From: Leucoraja erinacea | Lineage: Eukaryota | Reading direction: 5' to 3' | NCBI RefSeq assembly: GCF_028641065.1 | Contig: NC_073389.1 | Span: forward strand, 27,714,001 to 27,778,000 | DNA: 64,000 bases | Shown here: positions 25,001 through 37,000 of the stretch, one piece after another | How positions within the stretch are numbered: position 1 is the first letter of the stretch | Layout of the letters: every line of letters begins with the position of its first letter | The notes under the pieces: model-generated | The model's input: only the letters and a program-made list of their open reading frames with translations | What the model was told of the DNA's origin: nothing | The model's database searches: none | Position numbers and translations under genes: made by a program

Positions 25001-28000
25001 AGGGCCGAAGAGCCTGTTTCCGCATTGTATCTCTAAACAAAACTAAAGCTGCATCATAATCTCCTGACTCTTATACTCAATGCCTCGACCGCTGAAGGCG
25101 AACATACCATATGCCTTCTTTACCAACATCTTTCAATACCTGAGACCAATCCCAAGGTGTTCCTTCACCTAGCATTTAATTAACATAGAAAACATTCAGG
25201 AGTGTCACAGGGCATCAGTTTAACTGTGTTGCTGCTTCTCAAATGTGTCTGATGAAGATTGAAGAGAATAATTTAAATAAACTGCTTGGATATTTAACAA
25301 GAACACAGCATTAGATACCCATTAGATGGTCACAGTCTGTATCCCACTGGAAATCAAAGTTATTAGGTACATTGTCATTATGAGCAGTTTGACTTAATTA
25401 CCTACCTTTCTCCCGGTTGGCTACTGGGACGTTTGTTGAAGCTCGCTATTCACTTCTGGGCTTTCCAGAGACTCTACTTAACATACCAGTAACTATTACA
25501 AAATAGTGGTCTTAAATATTATCTTCATAAGAAACAAGATCAGGTTTAGTTCATGTAGACATACAAATCCACTGACTCCCACAACTATCTCGACTACACT
25601 TCCTCACACCCTGCTTCCTGCAAAGACTCTATCCCCCCTACTCCCACTAGCCATATTTTCCCTGCTCCACCCCTTTCCGCCTTCCGCAGAGACTGTTCCC
25701 TCCGCAGCTCCCTGGTTAACTCATCCTTTCCCACCCAAACCACCCCCTACCCAGGTACCTTCCCCAGCAACCGCAGAAGATGCAACACGTGTCGCTATAC
25801 CTCCTCCCTCGACTCTGTCCAGGGACCCCGACAGTCCTTTCAGGTTAGGCAGAGGTTCACTTGCACCTCCTCCAACCTTATCTACTGTATCCGTTGTTCA
25901 AGATGTGGGCTCTTATACATCGGTGAGACCAAACGCAGACTGGGCGATCGTTTCGCGGAACACCTTCGCCCAGCTCGCATGAACCAACCTGATCTCCCGG
26001 TTCCCGGACACTTTAATTCTCCTTCCCATTCTTGCACTCTCTGTCCTCTGTCTCCTCCATTGTCAGTGAGGCTAAATGCAAATTGGAGGAACAGCATCTT
26101 ATATTTCGCTTGGGCAGCTTACAGCCCTGTGGTATGAATATTGATTTCTCTCACATCACGTAGCCCGGCATTCCTTCTCTCTTGATCCCTCCCCCACCCA
26201 AGTCGCACCGGCTTCTCATTTTCACCCTACAAACAGCTTACAAGGGTCTGTTTCCTTTATCATCGTTACTTTTTTGCATATCTTTCATTCATTCTTCTTT
26301 ATCTCTCTACATCTATATATCTTGTTTCCCTTATCCCTAACCAGCCTGAAGAAGGGTCTCGACCTGAAACATCACCCATTCCTTATCTCCAGAGATGCTG
26401 CCTGTCCCGCTGAGTTACTTCAGCTTTTTGTGTCTATCTTAGTTCATGTAGAAGTCTCTTCCCCGGCCAACAATGGGCTCCACCCTTCCTTGGTCATCTG
26501 CTACTGGCCATGATTTGTTCTGGCCTTTTCATACCTTCAGTTCCTCCCCCTTTATTTTCAGTCTTATGAAGGGTCTTGACCCGAAACATCACCCAACCTT
26601 TTTCTCCAGAGATGCTGCCTGACCCGTTGAGTTACTCCAGCATTTTGTGTATTTTAAGGTTTATCTTTGTTGGATTTGCTCAACGATACCACAGCACATG
26701 AGGCAAATATTCAGTTGTTAAATAAGCCTTTTTTTTAATTGATTCCACATTTTTTTTGGGATTGTTTTAGAATTCATTGTGTAACAGTGGCGCAGCAGTA
26801 GATCTGCTACCTCACAACACTAGAGATCCAGGTTCGATCCTGACCTTGAGTGTTGTCTATGTGTGGAGTTTACATGTTCTCCCTGAGACCGCATGGGTTT
26901 CCTCGGGTTGCTCCGGTTTCCTTCCACATCCTGAAGACGTGCGAGTTTGTAGGTTAATTGGCCGTCTGTAAATTGCCCCTAGTGTGCAGAATAGAACTAG
27001 TGCACGGGTGATCACTGGTCGCTGCGGACTCCGTGGTCCTAAGGGCCTGTTTCCACGCTGTACCTCTAAACTAAACTAATTGTATCTATATGGATTCTGG
27101 ATAAGTTGTTGGCTTGCTTTTTTAGAATAAAGTTTTGCTTGTGTTGGAATGATTTTGTGAGGGGATCGAGAGAGCATGCAGCTGTAGTTCCTCACCTGTT
27201 TATTTCTGGTTACAGAGACGTGTATCGCTCAAAGGAAGGTGATATTACCAGAAGGGCCCCTTTATCGAGCCGAAGGGCGTCATGTCACGATTGAGTGTGA
27301 GGTGCAGGGAACACAGCCGTCGCAAGAGCAGAGCTTCGAGTGGTCTGTCACCCTCCAGGAGAAGCCTTCGTGGGCCGTCCAGATCATCAGCACTCATGAT
27401 CCTGACTACACGTACGCCATGTACGGTCAAAGAGTGGAGTCTGGGGAGATCTACGTGGAGAGAATCACAAGCAAGTCTGTGCGGCTACACATCACCAACC
27501 TGCGGAAGAGCGATGAAGGGGAGTACAAGTGTCAAACTCCCAACATGGAGGAGATATACTGGGGATCTTACAATGCAATCACTAAGTTAACAGGTAGGTT
27601 ACCTCTACTTTCTGTTCAGCTGTCAGGTCACACAGCGCAGGATGGAATAACGGTTAGACCGCATTGGGAGTATTACTCAACAGGTCAGGCAGTGCCTGTG
27701 GAGAGAAAAACAGACTCAATATTGCAATATTTTCCCCAATCAGAATGTTATCTTCAGGTTTCCAGCATGAAGCAATCTGTAACGTTCTATTACAAAACCT
27801 ACCAGTATGTCGAATAGCAATATTGTGTAATTCTATTAAATGTTTTAAATCCAACAAGAAGTGCAGATAGATTCTTGTCAGCAGGTATGACTATGAGATT
27901 TGTGAGACTGTACTGAGACGGTAGGCATAGGTCACAGAGTTATACAACACAGAAACAGGCCCTTTGGCCCAACTCACACATGCCAGCCAAGATGGGACTA

Positions 28001-31000
28001 CATTTGGCCCATATCACTCTCAACCTTTCTTGTCCTTATACATGCCCAAATGACTTTTAAATATTGTTCTTGTACCTGCCTCAACTACCTCCTTCGGCAG
28101 CTTGTTCCATGTACTCGCCACCCTCTGTGTGAAAATGTTGCCCCTCGGGTTCCCATTAAACCTTTCTCCCCTCATCTTAAATCTATGTTCTCTGGTTCTT
28201 GATTCCCCTACTCTGGGTAAAAGATTCCCTGTATTCACACTATCTATTTCCCCTCATGATTTTATACACCTTTATAAGACCACCCCCCGTCCTCTTGCAC
28301 TCCAAGTCCTAACCTTCCCAACCTCTCCCTATAACTCAGGCCGCCAAGTCCTGGCAACATTCTAATAAATCTTCTCTGCACTCTTTCCAGGTCAATGACA
28401 TACCTCCTACATCAGGGTGAACGGAAGGAATTAAACACCATATATAATCCATATGCTGCCTCACCAATGTGTTGTGTGATTAGTTTAGAAATACTGCGTG
28501 GAAACAGCCCGTTTGACCCGCCGAGTCTATGCCAACCAGCGAACACCCATTTGTTCTATGCTATCCCAATTTTGCATCCACTCCCTACACACTAGGGGCA
28601 ATTTATTGAAGCCAATTAACCTACAAACCTGCACGTCTTTGGGATGTGTGAGGAAACCAGAGCACCAGGAGGAAACCCACACGTTTACAGTCAGTATGTG
28701 CAAACTCCACGCAGACATCATCCATGGTCAGGATAAAATCCCTGCCACTCTTATGCCATTGTGCAACTGTAGCATAACACCCAAACCTCTATACACTTCT
28801 TGAAACAGACTAAAGGAGCTCATCTGAGAAAGGCTGAGAATCACGCACATTGGTGTGAGCTGCTTTCTTTTCCTAAAGGGCATTTGTGAAAAGGTTAAAG
28901 AGACTGGTATACTATTTGAGCTTCAGATTTATCCAAGCGTAGCCTAATTCCTGCGTACACACAAGCACTTTCCACTCAGAATCCCTAGAGCAACATTCCT
29001 ATCCAATTTAGGATTATCATAGATCAAAAATGATAGGAGTAGAATTAGGCCATTCGGCCCATCAAGTCTACTCCGCCATTCAATCATGGCTCATATCTCT
29101 CCCTCCTAACCCCATTCTCCTGCCTTCTCTGCATAACCTCTGACACCCATACTAATCAAGAATCTATCTATCTCTGCCTTAAATGGCAGAGAAATAAGAC
29201 GGGGATAATTGGCTTGACGTATGATGAGGGTTTGACGGCACTGGGCCTGCACTCACTGGAGTTTAGAAGGATGAAAGGACGTGTCATTGAAACTTTCCAA
29301 ATAGTGAAAGGCCTAGAAAGGATTGATGCAGAGGGAAAGATAGATCAGAAATCATTGAATGGCGGCGTAGATTTGATGGTCAAATGGCCTAATGACTAGT
29401 GAACTACTGAGATCCTGTACGTGCCTTGTATATATGCGGTGTGATGTCTTCAAGTGATTCTAAGACGTGTCATTCTCTAGTTATTCCAGATACACTGAAT
29501 GCAACATTGGTGCCTCAGGTCATCAATAAGGTGGAAGGCGATTCGCTGGAGCTGGTCTGCGAGGTATCCAAAAAAACGCCGTACCACACGCATGTGGCCG
29601 TCACGTGGTACCTGGAGAAGGGAGGTCAGGAAGTCCAGGTCATCTCTCTAACGCGAGATTTCATCCTGAGCGCAGGAGAGCTGTACAAGCAACGGCAGGA
29701 GTCGGGAGACGTGAGATTGGACAAGATGGGTGCCACCTCGTTTAGGCTCACCGTCCACAGGTTACAGAGGTCCGAGCAGGGGCTGTTTTACTGCCAGAGT
29801 GTGGAGTGGATGCAAGACCCAGACAAATCCTGGCAGGAGCTGTCTGAAAGGCGGACGCACAAGGTCACTGTCAATGTCAGAAGCCTGGGTAAGGAGCAAT
29901 GGTGGTTCATAAGTGCACAAGTTCTCAGAGGAGAATTAGTCCATACTCCACCATTCAATCATGGCTGATCTATCGCTTCCTCCTAACCCCATTCTCCTGC
30001 CTTCTCCCCATAATCCCTGACACCCTGTAATAATCAGGAATCTGCCAGGCTCCACCTTAAAAATACCCAATGCAAATCTCCACAGCCATCTGTAGCAAAG
30101 AATTCGACAGATTCACCACCCTCTGGCTAAAGAAATAACAGCTCATCTTTCTGAAGCTACGTCCTTTATTCTGAGGCTGTGCCCTGTGGTCCGAGACTCT
30201 CCCACTTGTGGAAACATCCTCTCCACACTCACTGTATCCAGACCTTTCACTATTCAGTAAGTCCCAATGAGGTCCCCACCCCCACATCCTTCTAAACTCC
30301 AGCGAGTACAGGTCCAGTGTCGTCAAATGCTCATCCGCGGGGAAGGAGAGGAGCGGGACCCGGGCCAAGGACTGGAGGTGAGGAGATAGTGTGGGGTCGG
30401 ATAGGGGGGAGATGAGGAATGGGAGAGGAAGGGGATAGAGGGAGAGAAGGGGGAGTGGGGGAGGTAGGGAGTGGGGAATAGAAGGAGAGGGGGGGCAGTG
30501 GAGGAGAGTGGGGGAGTGGGATAGGGGGGTGAGGAGTGGGGGACCAGGGGAATAGAGGGGGAGCAGGGGGTAGGGGGGGTAGAGTGGTTATAGAGTTAGG
30601 GAGGGAGTGACTGCGGGTAGGCGAGAGGGAGGGAGAGGTGAGGGGGGGGGAGGAGGACAGGGGAAAGTAGAGGGAGAGTGAAGGGGAGGGAGAATAACCA
30701 TATAACCATATAACAATTAGAGCACGGAAACAGGCCATCTCGGCCCTACAAGTCCATGCCGAACAACTTTTTTTCCCCCTAGTCCCACCTGCCTGCACTC
30801 ATACCATAACCCTCCATTCCCTTCTCATCCATATGCCTATTCAATTTATTTTTAAATGATACCAATGAACCTGCCTCCACCACTTCCACTGGAAGCTCAT
30901 TCCACACCGCTACCACTCTCTGAGTAAAGAAGTTCCCCCTCATATTACCCCTAAACTTCTGTCCCTTAATTCTGAAGTCATGTCCTCTTGTTTGAATGTC

Positions 31001-34000
31001 CGCTCTTGAATAAAAATGTCAGCCAGTCAGTGCACCATTCAAACATTTCTAAAAGCTAACGATACATACAAGATAAAATATTAAAAGATAAACAACTAAA
31101 ATAAATATCACGAAAATAGCTCCACGCATAAACACCCAACCCTCCATCCTTCTGTCGATTTCACAGTGTACCACATTCCCTTAGTATGTCTGGCCCCTCT
31201 TTTACTTGGCGGCTACATTTAGTGCTTTTATAGCAGTGGGGTAAAAACTGTTTTTTAGTCTGTTCGTCCTTGTCCTTGTAGATCTGTACCATCTGCCTGT
31301 CGGCAACAGTTCAAACAGGGAGTATCCGGGGTGGGAAATGTCCTTTATGATACTCTGGGATTTTTTGGTGCAGCGGGAACTGTGTAAGTCCTCCAAGGTA
31401 AGGAGAGGGCAGCCGACAATCCTCTGGGCGTTGTCAATGGCCCTCTGGAGCACTTTCCTCTGAGCCGCTGTGCAGCTGGTGTACCACACGCATACACAGT
31501 ATGTTAGTATGCTCTCAATGGAGCACCGATAAAAGGACAGCAACAGTCTCTGAGTGATGTTATTCTTCCTGAGCACCCTCAGGAAGTGCAGTCTCTGCTG
31601 GACCTTTTTCAGCAGCGCAGTGGTGTTCGCGCTCCACGTCAGGTCCTCCTCAATATGGATTCCCAGGAAGCGGAAATCCGCCACCCTCTCTACACAGTCC
31701 CCTCTGATAGTCAATGGTACCATGTCCGTTTTATTCTTCCTAAAGTCTATTATTAATTCCTTTGTCTTTAAGGTGTTGAGGAGCAGGTTATTTTCTTCAC
31801 ACCACACTGTCAGCTGCTCCGCCTCATCCCGGTAGGCGTACTCGTCCCCCCCGGAGATGAGTCCCACCACCGTAGTGTCATCCGCAAATTTGACAATGGT
31901 GTTGCTGTGGTGGGCGGGGGTGCAGTCATGTGTGTAGATGGTGTAGAGCAGGGGGCTCAGTACGCAGCCCTGTGGAGAGCCGGTACTGAGGCTGAGGGCC
32001 GTGGATGTATGATGGCCCACTCTGACTCTCTGGCTGCGACCCGACAGGAAGCTATTTATCCACATGCAGGTGGAGTGTGGAAGTCCCAAGTCCCCCAGTT
32101 TGTCCACCAGTTTGTGGGGAAGGATGGTATTAAAAGCAGAGCTGTAGTCCACAAAGAGCATCTGCACGTAGCTCCCCTGCTGCTCCAGGTGAGACAGTGC
32201 AGCATGGAGAGCTGTGGCTACAGCTCTCTCTGTTCAACTGTATTCTTCAATTCCCTACCATTTACCATGTACGTCCTATTTTGATTTGTCCTGCCAAGGT
32301 GTAGCACCTCACATTTATCAGCATTAAACTCCATCTGCCATCTTTCAGCCCATTTTTCCAAATGGCCTAAATCACTCTGTAGATTTTGGAAATCCTCTTC
32401 ATTATCCATGGAGAATGGAGGACAATAGGGGTAGGAGGAGGGATGCCCATCAGTTGACCATGCGCAGTTGGGGGCTATGGGTCAGTGGTGGAATTTTGCT
32501 TTGGGGGACCAGGCCTCCCATGTGACAGGAACCCAAAGGGTCCCATTTGGTCTAGCATATATATTACTGAAACTCTCATCTTGGTTGTATCTATGTCTAT
32601 GATTCTGTGTGTCTGCCTGTGTGTGCATATATGTGATGAGTGTGATCCTGAAGTTATGCCAAATAGCGTTACACCATATACACCAATACACCAATAGCGC
32701 TACAATTTTTGGACCACCTTACTCACCATTGTCCTGTGGTGTGGTGTGGTGGGGCAAAGTTTTGTTCAGATTGATGTTATATTTTAAAAGTTATTCACAT
32801 TTTAAACTTTAAAAATTTAACTTTTCTCTTAACTTTTCATGTAAAAAATCAAATTCCACGCTGGTCCTGTCCGTTACAATGTAACAAATTACAGGACGCC
32901 GAGTCATTGCAACGGGCAGGGGCAGGGGCAGGGGAAGTGGAATTGGGTTTTTTTAAAGTTTATAAAGAGGGAGGGTGAAGAGGAGGGGGTGGGAGTGCTG
33001 GGGGATGAGGGGAAATGAGCTGCGCCTGTGCAGTTGGGGGCTATGGGTGAGTGGTGGAATATTGCATTGGTGGAACGGGTTGCGCTGGGGTAACGGGTGA
33101 GTGGTGGAATATTGCGTTGGTGGAACGGGTTGCGTTGGGGGACCAGGCCTCCCGTGTGACAGGGACCCAATGGTTCCCACTTGGTCTAGAATATAATAAA
33201 TATTTTATATTATATGTATAAAAAGGAAGGTACAGTATCTATATTTAAACACTGATATTATATAATATATATATATATATATATATTGCAGGTGTTTAAA
33301 TATGGTATTGATCCAAGTCCACAAATGAAAGTAGCAACAAAAATAGATGGAGTGGTAAAGAAGGCATATTGAGTATAAGAGTTTAGGTCATGATGCTGCG
33401 TTATAAGATCAAAAGCCCTTTAACTAGCTTCACAGTTCACATCTATGTATCACTTTTGTGTTCACGCCTGTTTTTATCCCTAGCCTTTGTCTGACAATCT
33501 TGCTATCAGGGAACCCCATTGCCTATGATAATCTGTTGTCGGCCATGATTTGTTCTGCTCCCCCTTCTCCCTTCCGGTTGTACAGACTTGGATTGTGAAC
33601 ACTAATTGCAGCAACCAGAAGCAATTGCAATTTAGCTTAATTTAGAGATGCAGCATGGAAACAGGCCCTTCGGCTCACCGAATCCACGCCGACCATCAAT
33701 CAGCCGTTCATGCCAGTTCTATGTTGTCCCACTTTCTCATCCACTCCCTAAACACTTGGGGCAATTTACAGGGGGCGAATTAACCTACAAACCTTGGAAT
33801 GTAGTAGAAAACCAGAGTACCTGGAGAAAACCCACGCGGTCACAGGGAGAACGTGCAAACTCCACACACAAACAGCACCCGAGGTTGGGATCAAACTTGG
33901 ATCTCTGACACTGTAGAGGCATTCCAATCACTCAGTTACTTTAATCATTATGTGTTTTTTTCCCTTGCCGACAGTTGACTTTCTCCTTTGGATGGCAACC

Positions 34001-37000
34001 AGTGAACTGCTGGTAATCTGAATAATTATAGTAGTGACAGGAGATGATAAGGGATAATATAGCATTGGACAGGTTAATTATGGTGGAGGCGAGTTTAAAT
34101 GTAGCTTTTCTGTTGAACTTGGAGACAATGACCTTTAATAAAACACAGTGTTATATTAATGGAGCGTGAATCACTGCTATTAAGCCTCAGCAAACGTCAA
34201 CAGCAAACATCTCCCGGTTGCCAAACATTTTAACTCCACTTCTCATTTCCATACTGAGCTTTCTGTCCTGGGCATCCTCCGCAGTCAGAGTGTGGCCACA
34301 CTCAAATTAGAGGAACGGCACCTCATATTTTGCTTGGGCAGCTTACAACCCAGCGGTATGAATTATGATTTCTCTAATTTTAAGTAACCCTTGCATTCCC
34401 TCTCTTCCCCGTCCCTCCCCCACCCTAGTTCTCCCACCAGTTTCACTGTTCGTATTCCTTCATTATCCCCTATTTCACCGCCAACAATGGACCATTGTGG
34501 GCTCCACATTTCCTTGATCATCTTGCTGTCCTTAATTTGTTCTTTTCATACCTTTCTGTCTTTTGTTCTTTAACTCCTCATTCCTCCAGTTTCCCTCTCC
34601 CCTGACTTTCACCTTAAATCTATATCCTCTAGTTCATGATTCCCCTACCCTGGGCGAAAGACTCTGTGCATCTGTCCTATTTATTCCCCTCATGATTTCA
34701 ACATACACAGAGTGCACATACTGACATTTTAAAATACTATAATATTTCATAAGAGCAGAATTAGGCCATTCATAGAAACATAGAAACATAGAAATTAGGT
34801 GCAGGAGTAGGCCATTCGGCCCTTCGAGCCTGCACCACCATTCAATATGATCATGGCTAATCATCCAACTCAGTATCCTGTACCTGCCTTCTCTCCATAC
34901 CCCCTGATCCCTTTAGCCACAAGGGCCACATCTAACTCCCTCTTAAATATAGCCAATGAACTGGCCTCAACTATCTTCTGCGGGAGAGAATTCCAGAGAT
35001 TCACCACTCTCTGTGTGAAAAAGGTTTTCCTCATCTCGGTCCTAAAAGATTTCCCCCTTATCCTTAAACTGTGACCCCTTGTTCTGGACTTCCCCAACAT
35101 CGGGAACAATCTTCCTGCATCTAGCATGTCCAACCCCTTAAGAATTTTGTAAGTTTCTATAAGATCCCCCCCTCAATCTTCTAAATTCTAGCGAGTACAA
35201 ACCGAGTCTTTCCAGTCTTTCTTCATATGAAAGTCCTGACATCCCAGGAATCAGTCTGGTGAACCTTCTCTGCACTCCCTCTATGGCAAGAATGTCTTTC
35301 CTCAGATTAGGAGACCAAAACTGTACGCAATACTCCAGGTGTGGTCTCATCAAGACCCTGTACAACTGCAGTAGAACCTCCCTGCTCCTATACTCAAATC
35401 CTTTTGCTATGAATGCTAACATACCATTCGCCTTCTTCACTGCCTGCTGCACCTGCATGCCTACTTTTAAGACTGGTGTACCATGACACCCAGGTCTCGT
35501 TGCATCTCCCCCTTTCCTAATCGGCCACCATTCAGATAATAATCTACTTTCCTGTTTTTGCCACCAAAGTGGATAACCTCACATTTATGCACATTATACT
35601 GCATCTGCCATGCATTTGCCCACTCACCCAGCCTATCCAAGTCACCTTGCAGCCTCCTAGCATCCTCCTCACAGCTAACACTGCCCCCCAGCTTCGTGTC
35701 ATCCGCAAACTTGGAGATGTTGCATTCAATTCCCTCGTCCAAATCATTAATATATATCGTAAATAGCTGGGGTCCCTGAACTGAGCCTTGCGGTACCCCA
35801 CTAGTCACTGCCTGCCATTGTGAAAAGGACCCGTTTACTCCTACTCTTTGCTTTCTGTCTGCCAGCCAGTTCTCTATCCACATCAATACTGAACCCCCAA
35901 TACCGTGTGCTTTAAGTTTGTATACTAATCTCTTATGTGGGACCTTGTCGAAAGCCTTCAGAAAGTCCAGATATAACACATCCACTGGTTCTCCCTTATC
36001 CACTCTACTAGTTACATCCTCGAAAAATTCTATAAGATTCGTCAGACATGATTTACCCTTCATAAATCCATGCTGACTTTGTCCAATGATTTCACCACTT
36101 TCCAAATGTGCTGCTATCCCATCTTTAATAACTGATTCTAGCAGTTTCCCCACTACTGACGTTAGACTAACTGGTCTGTAATTCCCCGTTTTCTCTCTCC
36201 CTCCCTTTTTAAAAAGTGGTGTTACATTAGCTACCCTCCAATCCTCAGGAACTACTCCAGAATCTAAAGAGTTTTGAAAAATTATCACTAATGCATCCAC
36301 TATTTCTGGGGCTCATTCCTTAAGTACTCTGGGATGCAACTTATCTGGCCCTGGGGATTTATCGGCCTTTAATCCATTCAATTTACCTAACACCACTTCC
36401 CGGCTAACCTGGATTTCACTCATTTGACCCCCGGTCCCCTGCTATTTCCGGCAGATTATTTATGTCTTCCTTAGTGAAGACAGAACCAAAGTAGTTTTTC
36501 AATTGGTCTGCCATGTCATTGTTCCCCATGATTAATTCACCCGTTTCTGACCGCAAGGGACCTACATTTGTTTTAACTAATCTTTTTCTCTTCACATATC
36601 TATAAAAGCTTTTGCAGTCAGTTTTTATGTTCCCGGCCAGTTTTCTTTCATAATCTATTTTCCCTTTCCTAATTAAGTCTTCCTCTGCTGGTCTCTGAAT
36701 TTCTCCCAGTCCTCTGGTAGGCTGCTTTTTCTGGCTAATTTGTACGCTTCATCTTTTGTTTTGATACTATCCCTGATTTCCCTTGTTATCCACGGATGCA
36801 CTAACTTCCCTGATTTATTTTTTTGCCAAACTGGGATGAACATTTGTTGTAGTTCATCCATGCAGTCTTTAAATGCCTTCCATTGCATATCCGCCGTCAA
36901 CCCATTAAGAATCAATCGCCAGTCTATCTTGGCCAATTCACGTCTCATACCCTCAAAGTTACCTTTCTTTAAGTTCAGGACCCTTGTTTCTGAATTAACG

